34,561 bases of DNA, taken from assembly GCA_964011335.1 (NCBI GenBank), contig CAXGOF010000002.1, positions 1-34,561 of the forward strand, in the 5' to 3' direction. The translations under genes were made by a program, and so were the position numbers. Every line of letters starts with the position of its first letter. Positions within the stretch are counted from its first letter, which is position 1. The stretch is from an uncultured bacterium (GTDB lineage: Bacteria; Planctomycetota; UBA1135). Shown in pieces: positions 1 through 8,513 of the stretch. Below the pieces are notes generated by a model. It worked only from the letters and a program-made list of their open reading frames with translations, was not told the origin of the DNA and ran no database searches.

Positions 1-382
1 CCCCTACACGGGTGGAGGCAGCATACCAGTCAGCGGCGTCAAGCGGTAGGATGGCATCGAGATCAATGCCTTCGACAACAGTCATGTCTTCCTGTAGGTA
101 AGAGTTTTTTGTGCGCTCAGCAATCAGTGCCGTTCCTGAAAAATTATCTGCGAATAAAGCGTCAGGCATTTCCCCGGCGTTGTAACTAGCATTAAGCAAT
201 CGCTCAAGCTGTTCTTTGACAGCATCATGCAGCGCTTCGCTTGGCCAACCATCAGCGGTTGGGTTTACTTTCTCAGCGTTTTCCTGGTACCAATTTTGCT
301 GTTGTGCGCTAAGACTTTGCGCGGAAAAGCACAGCATTAGTGCGTAAAAAACACTTAATTGCTTTGATGAGCGGGGGGGCAT
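1..382 (-). CDS. N-terminal part of a secreted protein of unknown function (gene runs off the left edge)
   Basis: Minus-strand ATG at 382..380 is followed by a stop-free frame to position 1. The deduced N-terminus MPPRSSKQLSVFYALMLCFSAQSLSAQQ looks like a signal peptide. It is absent from the supplied ORF track because it is truncated. Confidence 0.5.
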   Translation of the reverse strand, partial: MPPRSSKQLSVFYALMLCFSAQSLSAQQQNWYQENAEKVNPTADGWPSEALHDAVKEQLERLLNASYNAGEMPDALFADNFSGTALIAERTKNSYLQEDMTVVEGIDLDAILPLDAADWYAASTRVG

Positions 383-401
383 ACCTTATCTTAATGCACA
401 C

Positions 402-1088
402 ATGAGCCTTAGTGACGTACAGTTTGTAGCTTTTTTCATGCTTTTGCACGTTGTGTTTCTCAGCCTGCCTAAAGCTAATTACATCCGCGCGATGAAGTTA
501 TCGCGTGGCGTGGCAGCTGTCATTTTGTCGCTGGTCGGGTTTTACGGCCTGTTTGCCGATTTAGGCGAATGGCAAAGTGCGTTTATCTTTCATCACACGG
601 CTGGAGATGCCGCTGAGCGTAATTTGCATTTCTGTATGCTAATTTGCATGGGACACTTTGTCGCCGACCTGTTGTGGCTGGTCTGGGGGAAACTGCGCTA
701 CGGTGTTGGCCTGCGCCGTGATTTAATCATTCACCACGTCATTGGTATTATTGCTTTTGGCTACGCATTACAGCACGAGATTGCCTATGTCGCTTGCCTT
801 ATTACCATGGCTTCCGAGGTGATGCCCGTGACTACCGGAATTGGCGCTTATGGGCAGCGCGTACAAAACATGAGTATCATCAAATTTGCCAACCGCTGGC
901 GCTTAAGGCTTTTAGTGTGGTGGCGCGTCCCGTTATGGGCAACGATGGCGATTCTCAGCGTACGTACGCTCATTTTTGAACCTTACCCAGAAGACCTATT
1001 CGTCGCCTATATTCTTTCCACTTGCGGATTTTTCGGATTATTGCTGCTCGACCGTTTTTGGATTAAACAATGTATAGCAGCCGAATAG
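402..1088 (+). CDS. Polytopic membrane protein with TLC (TRAM/LAG1/CLN8)-like motifs
   Basis: 228 aa ORF with an ATG start and several hydrophobic helices. GHFVADLLWLV...LRRDLIIHHVIGIIAFG and MASEVMPV line up with the TLC-domain GYFxxD...HH and ExS(T/N) motifs. Confidence 0.6.
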   Translation: MSLSDVQFVAFFMLLHVVFLSLPKANYIRAMKLSRGVAAVILSLVGFYGLFADLGEWQSAFIFHHTAGDAAERNLHFCMLICMGHFVADLLWLVWGKLRYGVGLRRDLIIHHVIGIIAFGYALQHEIAYVACLITMASEVMPVTTGIGAYGQRVQNMSIIKFANRWRLRLLVWWRVPLWATMAILSVRTLIFEPYPEDLFVAYILSTCGFFGLLLLDRFWIKQCIAAE

Positions 1089-1128
1089 ATTACCAGCAAC
1101 ACGCGCAGCTATTTCCCGGTTCAGAGAA

Positions 1129-2763
1129 TTAGATGCGCAAAGAGACAAGACGTTCAGTAAAGAAGTCATTGCCTTTGTCATCGGTAACTATGAAAGCTGG
1201 GAAATGCTCAACCTCAATTTTCCAGATGGCTTCCATGCCAAGTTCGGCGTATTCTAAACACTCGACTTTAGTAATGCAGTCTTGCGCTAAGCGTGCCGCT
1301 GCACCGCCAACAGAGCCCAGGTAAAAACCACCGTGTTTCTTGCAGGCATCCGTAACTTGCTGCGAGCGATTGCCTTTTGCTAACATGATTAACGACCCAC
1401 CATTTTCTTGGAACAGGCTAACGAATGAATCCATTCGTCCGGCAGTAGTAGGGCCGAACGAGCCAGACGTCATGCCATCAGGAGTTTTGGCAGGGCCAGC
1501 ATAGTAGACAGGATGTCTTTTCATGTAGTCTGGCAGTTCACCTGTCTCCTCTAAGCGCTCACGTAATTTGGAATGAGCCATGTCGCGTGCTACGACCATC
1601 GTACCACTAAGGGAAACGCGAGTTTTAACAGGGTGTTTGCTTAACTCAGCCCGGACCGCGCCCATTCCTTGATTGAGGTCTATGTTCACCACTTCACTGC
1701 CTAATTCTGCCGCAGTAGCTTCCGGTAAATACTGTGCCGGGTTAGTCTCTAATTGCTCGATGAATACTCCTTCTTTTGTTATTTTGCCCAAGCACTGACG
1801 GTCGGCCGAGCAGGAAACTCCGATTCCGATTGGTAGTGATGCGCCGTGCCGCGGTAAACGGATCACCCTCACATCATGGCAGAAATATTTGCCTCCGAAC
1901 TGGGCACCTATGCCAACTTCTTGAGTTAAGGCTAAAATCTTTTCTTCGAACTCAGTATCGCGCACGGCATGCCCTAAGGCATTACCTTCTTTCGGTAAGT
2001 CGTCATAGTATCGTGCGCTCGCCAATTTCACCGTCTTAAGATTGTTTTCCGCTGACGTGCCACCAATAACAATCGACAAGTGATAGGGCGGACAGGCCGC
2101 AGTGCCGAGGTTAACTATTTCTTTGCGTAACAAATCTATCATCAAATCTTCACGCAACACCGATGGCGTTGATTGCACTAGATAGGTTTTATTAGCTGAG
2201 CCACCACCTTTCGCTATGAATAAAAACTTATACTCATTGCCGTTGGTCGCCAGCAAATCAATTTGCGCTGGCAAGTTGGTGCGTGTGTTTATCTCTTCAA
2301 ACACAGACTTCGGCGCCAGCTGGCTATAACGTAAATTAGTATTAATATAAGTATCATAAACACCACGCGACAAAGCAGACTCGTCATTACCTGAAGTCAA
2401 AACATGCTGCCCGCGCTTGCCCATGATGATTGCGGTGCCAGTGTCCTGGCACATCGGCAATACGCCGCCGGCAGAAATGTTTGCATTTTTCAACAAATCG
2501 AGCGCCACAAACTTATCATTTTCAGAAGCTTCTTCGTCGTCAAGAATATTACGCAACTGCTGCAGATGACCCGAACGTAGAAAATGCGCTATATCACGAA
2601 AAGCAGTTTCGCTAAGTAAGCGCAAAGCTTCGTCATTAACTTTCAGAAACGTTTTGCCGTCGACTTCGACCGTGCTAACGAATTTATCGCTCAGTTGACG
2701 CCATTCGACATCCGGCGCACTCGCCGGAAACATAGTTTGGTATTGGAAGGGTGTATCAACCAT
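1129..2763 (-). CDS. fumA: Class I (Fe-S dependent) fumarate hydratase
   Basis: 544 aa, collinear with E. coli FumA/FumB. Shared segments include [53 protein letters not shown] and [23 protein letters not shown]. Confidence 0.95.
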   Translation of the reverse strand: MVDTPFQYQTMFPASAPDVEWRQLSDKFVSTVEVDGKTFLKVNDEALRLLSETAFRDIAHFLRSGHLQQLRNILDDEEASENDKFVALDLLKNANISAGGVLPMCQDTGTAIIMGKRGQHVLTSGNDESALSRGVYDTYINTNLRYSQLAPKSVFEEINTRTNLPAQIDLLATNGNEYKFLFIAKGGGSANKTYLVQSTPSVLREDLMIDLLRKEIVNLGTAACPPYHLSIVIGGTSAENNLKTVKLASARYYDDLPKEGNALGHAVRDTEFEEKILALTQEVGIGAQFGGKYFCHDVRVIRLPRHGASLPIGIGVSCSADRQCLGKITKEGVFIEQLETNPAQYLPEATAAELGSEVVNIDLNQGMGAVRAELSKHPVKTRVSLSGTMVVARDMAHSKLRERLEETGELPDYMKRHPVYYAGPAKTPDGMTSGSFGPTTAGRMDSFVSLFQENGGSLIMLAKGNRSQQVTDACKKHGGFYLGSVGGAAARLAQDCITKVECLEYAELGMEAIWKIEVEHFPAFIVTDDKGNDFFTERLVSLRI

Positions 2764-2800
2764 GGCACTGTAGTTATGTTAACAGCGAGCGAAGGCGTGT

Positions 2801-3172
2801 TTATCCTTGCATGACCTCTATCAGCTGCCATTCTTTGTCGAAAATAAGCTTTACGAACGCTGGCGAGGCGTCACTGTTTGAGTAATTAACAGACGTATTA
2901 CGGAGGCCACTGATTGGGACGGACACTCCGGCTCTCCATCCAGAATTTCTCAGCCATTCATAGCTAAGCACAAATTGGTTGCCGCCATCACTTTGCTCGA
3001 CGCGTGTCGGAGCACCTAGGATTTCTAGGCAGTCGCCTAGATTGGACTTGCCCACTGCGAGTTTCGCCACGGCGATGGAGCCGATTTGGCGGTCAAGGAC
3101 ATTAGAATTTAGCGAGGCGTTGGCGCAGCTACTCCCGATGAGTAGCATGAAAAAGAGGGCGAATTTAGCCAA
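2801..3172 (-). CDS. Small secreted/lipoprotein-like protein, possibly BamE/SmpA-OmlA-like fold (paralog 2)
   Basis: 123 aa with a hydrophobic N-terminus ending in GSSC. The segment GDCLEILGAPTRVEQ resembles the BamE-type xxVxxLLGxP motif. It is paralogous to the adjacent ORF. Confidence 0.55.
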   Translation of the reverse strand: MAKFALFFMLLIGSSCANASLNSNVLDRQIGSIAVAKLAVGKSNLGDCLEILGAPTRVEQSDGGNQFVLSYEWLRNSGWRAGVSVPISGLRNTSVNYSNSDASPAFVKLIFDKEWQLIEVMQG

Positions 3173-3539
3173 TTGAGCTTAAATTATATTCTGCTGTGCC
3201 AGATTCAAGGCTCGAGGCAATATGGGTCAGCAAGCCATTCTCGTCAAAGAAAACCCAGCATCGGTCAAACTGCTTGTTCTGCCCATATGTGCCGAAAACA
3301 AGAATAAAAAGACCGGCTCTTCGCTCTTTCTGCGCCTCATACAGCCATGCGGACTTGTTCCCAAGCTCTACAATCTGATTCGGAGCACCCATTAAATCTG
3401 CCACATCTTGCGCAGAAGAGTGATTAGGCTGTAGCTGCGATATAGCTGATGACTCTAAGGGCTGACCGATAGTCATTTCTGACATCACGCATGAACCACA
3501 AAGGAGAGTTAAAATCAGTAAAGTGCTGAAGAAATGCAT
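3165..3539 (-). CDS. Small secreted/lipoprotein-like protein, possibly BamE/SmpA-OmlA-like fold (paralog 1)
   Basis: 124 aa with a hydrophobic N-terminus LLILTLLCGSC. The segment AQDVADLMGAPNQIVEL matches the same motif as its neighbour. Its stop overlaps the start of the next gene by 8 nt. Confidence 0.55.
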   Translation of the reverse strand: MHFFSTLLILTLLCGSCVMSEMTIGQPLESSAISQLQPNHSSAQDVADLMGAPNQIVELGNKSAWLYEAQKERRAGLFILVFGTYGQNKQFDRCWVFFDENGLLTHIASSLESGTAEYNLSSIG

Positions 3540-3573
3540 GTCACTACTATACGAAATAGTGTATTTTTAAACT

Positions 3574-5502
3574 ATGCCATTTTTCCGCCCTCTGCTAGTT
3601 GTGATTGGAAGCGCTTCATCAGTGTTTGCTGTGATATTTGCATTGACTGTGCCCAATGAAGTTCAGCAGCCTGGTACTCAAGAGAATGAGGTGGTCGGGA
3701 TTGAGCGTTCTCAAAATTGCCGCTCGTGCCACGCTTATTACGATGCCGATGTTGAGCCATACAACGGTTGGATGGGCTCGATGATGGCGCATGCGGGTCG
3801 AGACCCTATTTTCTGGGCAGCGCTGGCCGTTGCAGAGCAAGACTTTGATGGATCTGGCGATTTATGCATCCGTTGTCACTCACCAACAGGATGGCTCGAA
3901 GGGCGGTCTACGCCAACGGATGGTTCCGCACTTGTTCCGTCAACTGATGGTTTTGGTATTGATTGTCAAGTTTGCCATCGCTTAACTAATCCTGACGATA
4001 GCGAACACCTCGGCGTACAAAACCCGCCATTCGTGGCCAACACAGGCGGCGCGAATCCCGAAGGGTTCTATGGAAGCGGACAAATGGTGCTCGCTGACAG
4101 TTACGACCGCTATGGTCCGTATGGCTCGCAGGCCACTGCAGCTCATGGTGCTATTAAATCAGAATTTCACCGTAGCTCTGCCATGTGCGGAACATGTCAC
4201 GATGTCTCCAACCCAATAGTGGGAGACCTTGCGCATAACAACGGCTCCCTCAATCCGTTGCCGCCTGGCAATTTCGACGGAACTTTGGGCGGACCTCTGA
4301 CATCGAAAGCGGCGTTTTTGAATAAGCCGCATTCATATGGCGTAACCGAGCGCACATTTTCTGAACACATGTCGAGTAGTCTGGCTGACTACAAAGTCAG
4401 CGATTACCCATCCTTGCCAAATGAGTTGCAAGGCGGCATCCTCGAGTCTGTGTACCAGGCGGCTATTCAAGCTAATACCGGCGGAGATTACGAGGACGGT
4501 ACCACTCGCTATTACACTTGTCAATCGTGCCATATGCAGCCTGCGGTGGGCAAGGGCTCATCGTATTTCACTGCGCCGCTGCGCCTGGATGTGCCGACGC
4601 ATGATTTAACTGGTGCTAATACCACTGTTGGTAAGATGATTTTGAATCTCGATGCCAAGGGCAAGTTGATGCTTGGCGGTGGCCTGAGCGCTTTTGACGA
4701 ACGTGGTATTGAAGATGGTGAAGAGCGCGCGCGTTTGATGCTGCAGCGGTCGGCCAAGCTTGAACTCACCGGAAATAATCTGCGCATTTACAATTTGACA
4801 GGTCATAAACTCTTCACCGGTTACCCTGAAGGACGTCGCATGTGGCTGAATGCACGCTGGTATGACGCGTCTGGCAATCTTCTGCGCGAAGATGGGCGTT
4901 ATGGCAATAAGCAAGTGCAAGTTGCTGGACGCAACTTAAGCGTGAAAACATTGCTCGACCCGCATGATCCGAATTCTAGGCTTTGGCATGTCGAAGGCGG
5001 CATGACTCAAGAGTGGGCGGAGAAGTTGATTAATATCGGTACGGATCCGAGTATTCCTCTAGCTTACGATACTACCAATTCTTCGGTGTTACAAACATTA
5101 GGCAACCTGGCATCACAACCCGCCGGAACAGTTGCGCCGACGCTGCATTTTGTCTTCAACAACATCGTGCTTGAAGATAATCGTATCCCACCGTATGGAT
5201 ATAGTTACGATTCGGCGAATACGCGCAATTGTTTGCCGATGCCCGCAACACTGTATGGCAACCCAGGGGTCGGCGGTATTTACAATCATTACGATGACAT
5301 TACGCTCAATCCACCGAGTGGAGCAGCCAGTGGTAAGATTCGCTTGATTTACCAAACGACATCATGGGAGTATATACAGTTTTTGTTCTTGGCAAATAAT
5401 GGGTCGATACCTTTTTTGGCAGACACTGGTTCAGATTTGGCAAAAGCATGGTATCAAACTGGCATGTCGCAGCCAGAAGTTATGGCAACTATTACCTGGT
5501 AG
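3574..5502 (+). CDS. Membrane-anchored or secreted pentahaem c-type cytochrome with a large haem-free C-terminal domain
   Basis: 642 aa with an N-terminal hydrophobic segment LLVVIGSASSVFAVIFAL. It has five CXXCH motifs (CRSCH, CIRCH, CQVCH, CGTCH, CQSCH), all within the first ~320 aa. Confidence 0.8.
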   Translation: MPFFRPLLVVIGSASSVFAVIFALTVPNEVQQPGTQENEVVGIERSQNCRSCHAYYDADVEPYNGWMGSMMAHAGRDPIFWAALAVAEQDFDGSGDLCIRCHSPTGWLEGRSTPTDGSALVPSTDGFGIDCQVCHRLTNPDDSEHLGVQNPPFVANTGGANPEGFYGSGQMVLADSYDRYGPYGSQATAAHGAIKSEFHRSSAMCGTCHDVSNPIVGDLAHNNGSLNPLPPGNFDGTLGGPLTSKAAFLNKPHSYGVTERTFSEHMSSSLADYKVSDYPSLPNELQGGILESVYQAAIQANTGGDYEDGTTRYYTCQSCHMQPAVGKGSSYFTAPLRLDVPTHDLTGANTTVGKMILNLDAKGKLMLGGGLSAFDERGIEDGEERARLMLQRSAKLELTGNNLRIYNLTGHKLFTGYPEGRRMWLNARWYDASGNLLREDGRYGNKQVQVAGRNLSVKTLLDPHDPNSRLWHVEGGMTQEWAEKLINIGTDPSIPLAYDTTNSSVLQTLGNLASQPAGTVAPTLHFVFNNIVLEDNRIPPYGYSYDSANTRNCLPMPATLYGNPGVGGIYNHYDDITLNPPSGAASGKIRLIYQTTSWEYIQFLFLANNGSIPFLADTGSDLAKAWYQTGMSQPEVMATITW

Positions 5503-5545
5503 GGCAGATGCTGTATCCTATCGGCCAAGCTGAATAGAGACACCC

Positions 5546-7216
5546 ATGACAGAGCAAGATACAAAATACGATTTCGTTCGCAGTATTGTGGCCGATGACC
5601 TCGCCTCCGGTAAGCACGATTCAATCGTTACGCGCTTCCCGCCTGAGCCAAATGGTTTTTTACATATTGGCCACGCAAAAGCGATTTGCGTTGACTTTGG
5701 CATTATTGACGAATTTGGCGGGAAGTGCCATTTGCGGTTCGACGACACAAACCCCTCTAAAGAAGAGCAAAAGTATGTTGATGCGATTAAAGAAGACATC
5801 TTGTGGCTTGGTTTCGACTGGGGAGAAAACTTGTTTTACGCTTCGGATCACTTTGAGCAGTTGTTTGCTTGGGCGGTGCATTTAATTGAAAATGGCGACG
5901 CTTATATTGACGAGCAATCACCAGACGAAATGCGTGCCGGTCGTGGTTCGTTAACAGAAGCGGGCACCAATAGCCCTTTCCGCAATCGTCCTGCTTCCGA
6001 AAGCTTAGAATTGTTTCATAAAATGCGCGCCGGCGAAGCCGCAGAAGGCGCAATGATTTTACGTGCCAAAATTGACATGGCATCGCCGAACATAAATTTG
6101 CGCGACCCCGCTATTTATCGCATTCAACATCAATCACACCCGCGTACTGGCGATAAGTGGTGCGTGTACCCAATGTACGATTTTGCGCATGGGCAGTCTG
6201 ACGCCATCGAAGGCATCACTCATTCTTTATGCACGATGGAATTTGAAAACCATCGCCCGCTTTATGAATGGTTGTTAGCTCACCTGCCGGTAACATCAAC
6301 TCCGCGACAGATTGAATTTGCTCGCTTGAATATAAGTTATACTTTGACTTCAAAGCGTAAGCTGAAAACCATAGTTGACAACGGCTTCGTAGACGGTTGG
6401 GACGACCCACGCATGCCAACCATCAGCGGCATGCGTCGCCGCGGATATCCAGCCGCTGCTCTACGAGCGTTTTGTAGTTTAATCGGCATCAAGAAAACTG
6501 AAGGCACAGTTGACTTTGCATTGTTGCAATCGATATTGCGCGATCATTTGAATGATAGTGCCGAGCGCCGCATGGCGGTGCAAAAGCCATTAAAGGTTGT
6601 AATTACTAACTGGCCAGAGGGCCATGTTGAAATGCTTAATGCAAAAAATCATCCTGGCGATGAGTCTATGGGCACGCGAAAGGTTGCCTTTAGCGGCGAG
6701 CTTTACATTGAGCGCGATGATTTTAAGGAAGAAGCTCCGCGTAAGTATTTCCGATTGAAACCGGGTGCCGAAGTTCGTTTTAAGTACGCTTACTATTTAA
6801 CTTGCACAGACTTCGTTAAAGATGAGCATGGTGAAGTGAGCGAAGTGCATTGCACTTATGACCCTGAAACTAAAGGCGGCGACAGTGCCGATAAACGTAA
6901 AGTAAAAGGTACCATTCACTGGGTTTCCGCGGCGCATGCCGTTGATGCCACAGTGCGTTTGTATGACCATCTTTTTAATGAGGCAAACCCAGAAGAGGGT
7001 GGTGATTACTTAGCCAATATCAATCCGGACTCCTGTCAGGTCATTACCGCAAAAGTTGAGCCAGCACTCGCTGAAATGTTTGATGATGCTGTGCAGTTCG
7101 AGCGCGCCGGTTACTTTGTGCACGATGCCACTTCGACACCAGGCAACTTAGTGTTTAATCGTACAGTCGCAATGCGTGATTCGTGGGCTAAGCTTGAGCA
7201 GAAGCTTCAGTCTTAG
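5546..7216 (+). CDS. glnS: Glutaminyl-tRNA synthetase
   Basis: 556 aa with RFPPEPNGFLHIGHAKA (HIGH motif) and LTSKRKL (KMSKS-type motif). It is collinear with E. coli GlnRS. Confidence 0.95.
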   Translation: MTEQDTKYDFVRSIVADDLASGKHDSIVTRFPPEPNGFLHIGHAKAICVDFGIIDEFGGKCHLRFDDTNPSKEEQKYVDAIKEDILWLGFDWGENLFYASDHFEQLFAWAVHLIENGDAYIDEQSPDEMRAGRGSLTEAGTNSPFRNRPASESLELFHKMRAGEAAEGAMILRAKIDMASPNINLRDPAIYRIQHQSHPRTGDKWCVYPMYDFAHGQSDAIEGITHSLCTMEFENHRPLYEWLLAHLPVTSTPRQIEFARLNISYTLTSKRKLKTIVDNGFVDGWDDPRMPTISGMRRRGYPAAALRAFCSLIGIKKTEGTVDFALLQSILRDHLNDSAERRMAVQKPLKVVITNWPEGHVEMLNAKNHPGDESMGTRKVAFSGELYIERDDFKEEAPRKYFRLKPGAEVRFKYAYYLTCTDFVKDEHGEVSEVHCTYDPETKGGDSADKRKVKGTIHWVSAAHAVDATVRLYDHLFNEANPEEGGDYLANINPDSCQVITAKVEPALAEMFDDAVQFERAGYFVHDATSTPGNLVFNRTVAMRDSWAKLEQKLQS

Positions 7217-8513
7217 GTAGTTGCGCCGCGCGAATTCCAAGCCACACGGTTTGGCAGATGCCTGCGCCAACGAAAATGAGCATAGCCCAGTAGATGCCGG
7301 TCATTGTCGAGTGGTAAGTGCCAAGCATTAATCCGATTAATGACATCACAACATAAATCGCCACGGCTTCGATGATGCCTTTTGTGCGTTTAGCAGCGAC
7401 GAGTCGCCCTTGATACAAAGATTGATAGGCCTGGTAAGCTGGCATCATCACGCCGATTAATAAACCGACTTTGCAAACTGCGGCCAACTCGCTTTCTAGA
7501 TGAAACACTCGGTTGAGGATAATATCAGCGAGAGGGGTGAGGGCAATCAACGCCATGAATGATGAAGTTCCGATAGCCAGTAGAAAACAAAAACGATTAA
7601 GTATTTCCCTAGATCGAGGTCGCCCAGTTTGGGCAACGACTACTTCGTTAAAGGCAAAACCAGTTGAGCGTGCTAGAAACACTAAAGCATGAACCACGGT
7701 CCACGCTGCAAGCGAGTTGTTCACGTCAGGCATGCGACTCATGCCGGCAGCGCCTGCAGGTTGAATGCACAAGGTCATCAACGGGGTTACAGCCAGCGGC
7801 AAATAGAATGCCAAAAAGGATGCGCGATTAATAGGGTCGGTAGAATCAGCGCGATGAGGCATCTGATTACGCAAAATGTCGCCGATAGCCCAGCGTGCGA
7901 ATATAGCTTCGGCAATCACGCCACTAGAGATTGCAATAGTTCCTACTGCGATGCCAGATAAATCGCCGAACGCCGCGCCGATGTTTAGCGCTGCCAATAG
8001 AGTGATTAGGCGCACCGCGGTGCCATACATAACCATGCGTGATTGGCCGAAGCGAATGAGTACCCCCTGGAGGAATCGGCGATAGGCGATAGCGGCAGTC
8101 CATGGAGTTAATATTTGCAGGCCCACTCGACCAGGTTCGACGACATTGGCAGGCACTCCGATTACTGATTCTGCGACCCAGTAATAGAGTGGAGTAAAGG
8201 CAATTAAGATATGCAAAGCGGTTAGTCCGCCGCCCGCCGCCAACATGAATTTGCGCACCTTGAGAAACGAAATCATGTCTTTGCATAATGCCGTCGATGC
8301 TGCTAGCAGCATAATAATCGGACCCTCGATTGCTAACGAAATAGGAAATGCTAAGCCGCCGAATGCGGCAAGGTTAGTTTTCTGTTCGGGCATGGATGCC
8401 ACGAACCAAGAAAAGGTCGGTCCTTCTGCGCCCATCAACAGCCAGCTCGCCGCAAGCGGGAACCAAAGCTGAAAAACTTTATGCAGAGATAAATCTTGCT
8501 CGCGTTGCAACAA
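7188..8513 (-). CDS. MATE / MOP-superfamily-like polytopic transporter
   Basis: 441 aa with about 12 hydrophobic helices and a MATE-like N-terminal pattern (WFPLAASWLL...NLAAFGGLAFPISL). The only in-frame start upstream of this conserved segment is the TTG at 8513. It overlaps the decarboxylase 3' end by 35 nt. Confidence 0.65.
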   Translation of the reverse strand: MLQREQDLSLHKVFQLWFPLAASWLLMGAEGPTFSWFVASMPEQKTNLAAFGGLAFPISLAIEGPIIMLLAASTALCKDMISFLKVRKFMLAAGGGLTALHILIAFTPLYYWVAESVIGVPANVVEPGRVGLQILTPWTAAIAYRRFLQGVLIRFGQSRMVMYGTAVRLITLLAALNIGAAFGDLSGIAVGTIAISSGVIAEAIFARWAIGDILRNQMPHRADSTDPINRASFLAFYLPLAVTPLMTLCIQPAGAAGMSRMPDVNNSLAAWTVVHALVFLARSTGFAFNEVVVAQTGRPRSREILNRFCFLLAIGTSSFMALIALTPLADIILNRVFHLESELAAVCKVGLLIGVMMPAYQAYQSLYQGRLVAAKRTKGIIEAVAIYVVMSLIGLMLGTYHSTMTGIYWAMLIFVGAGICQTVWLGIRAAQLPKTEASAQA

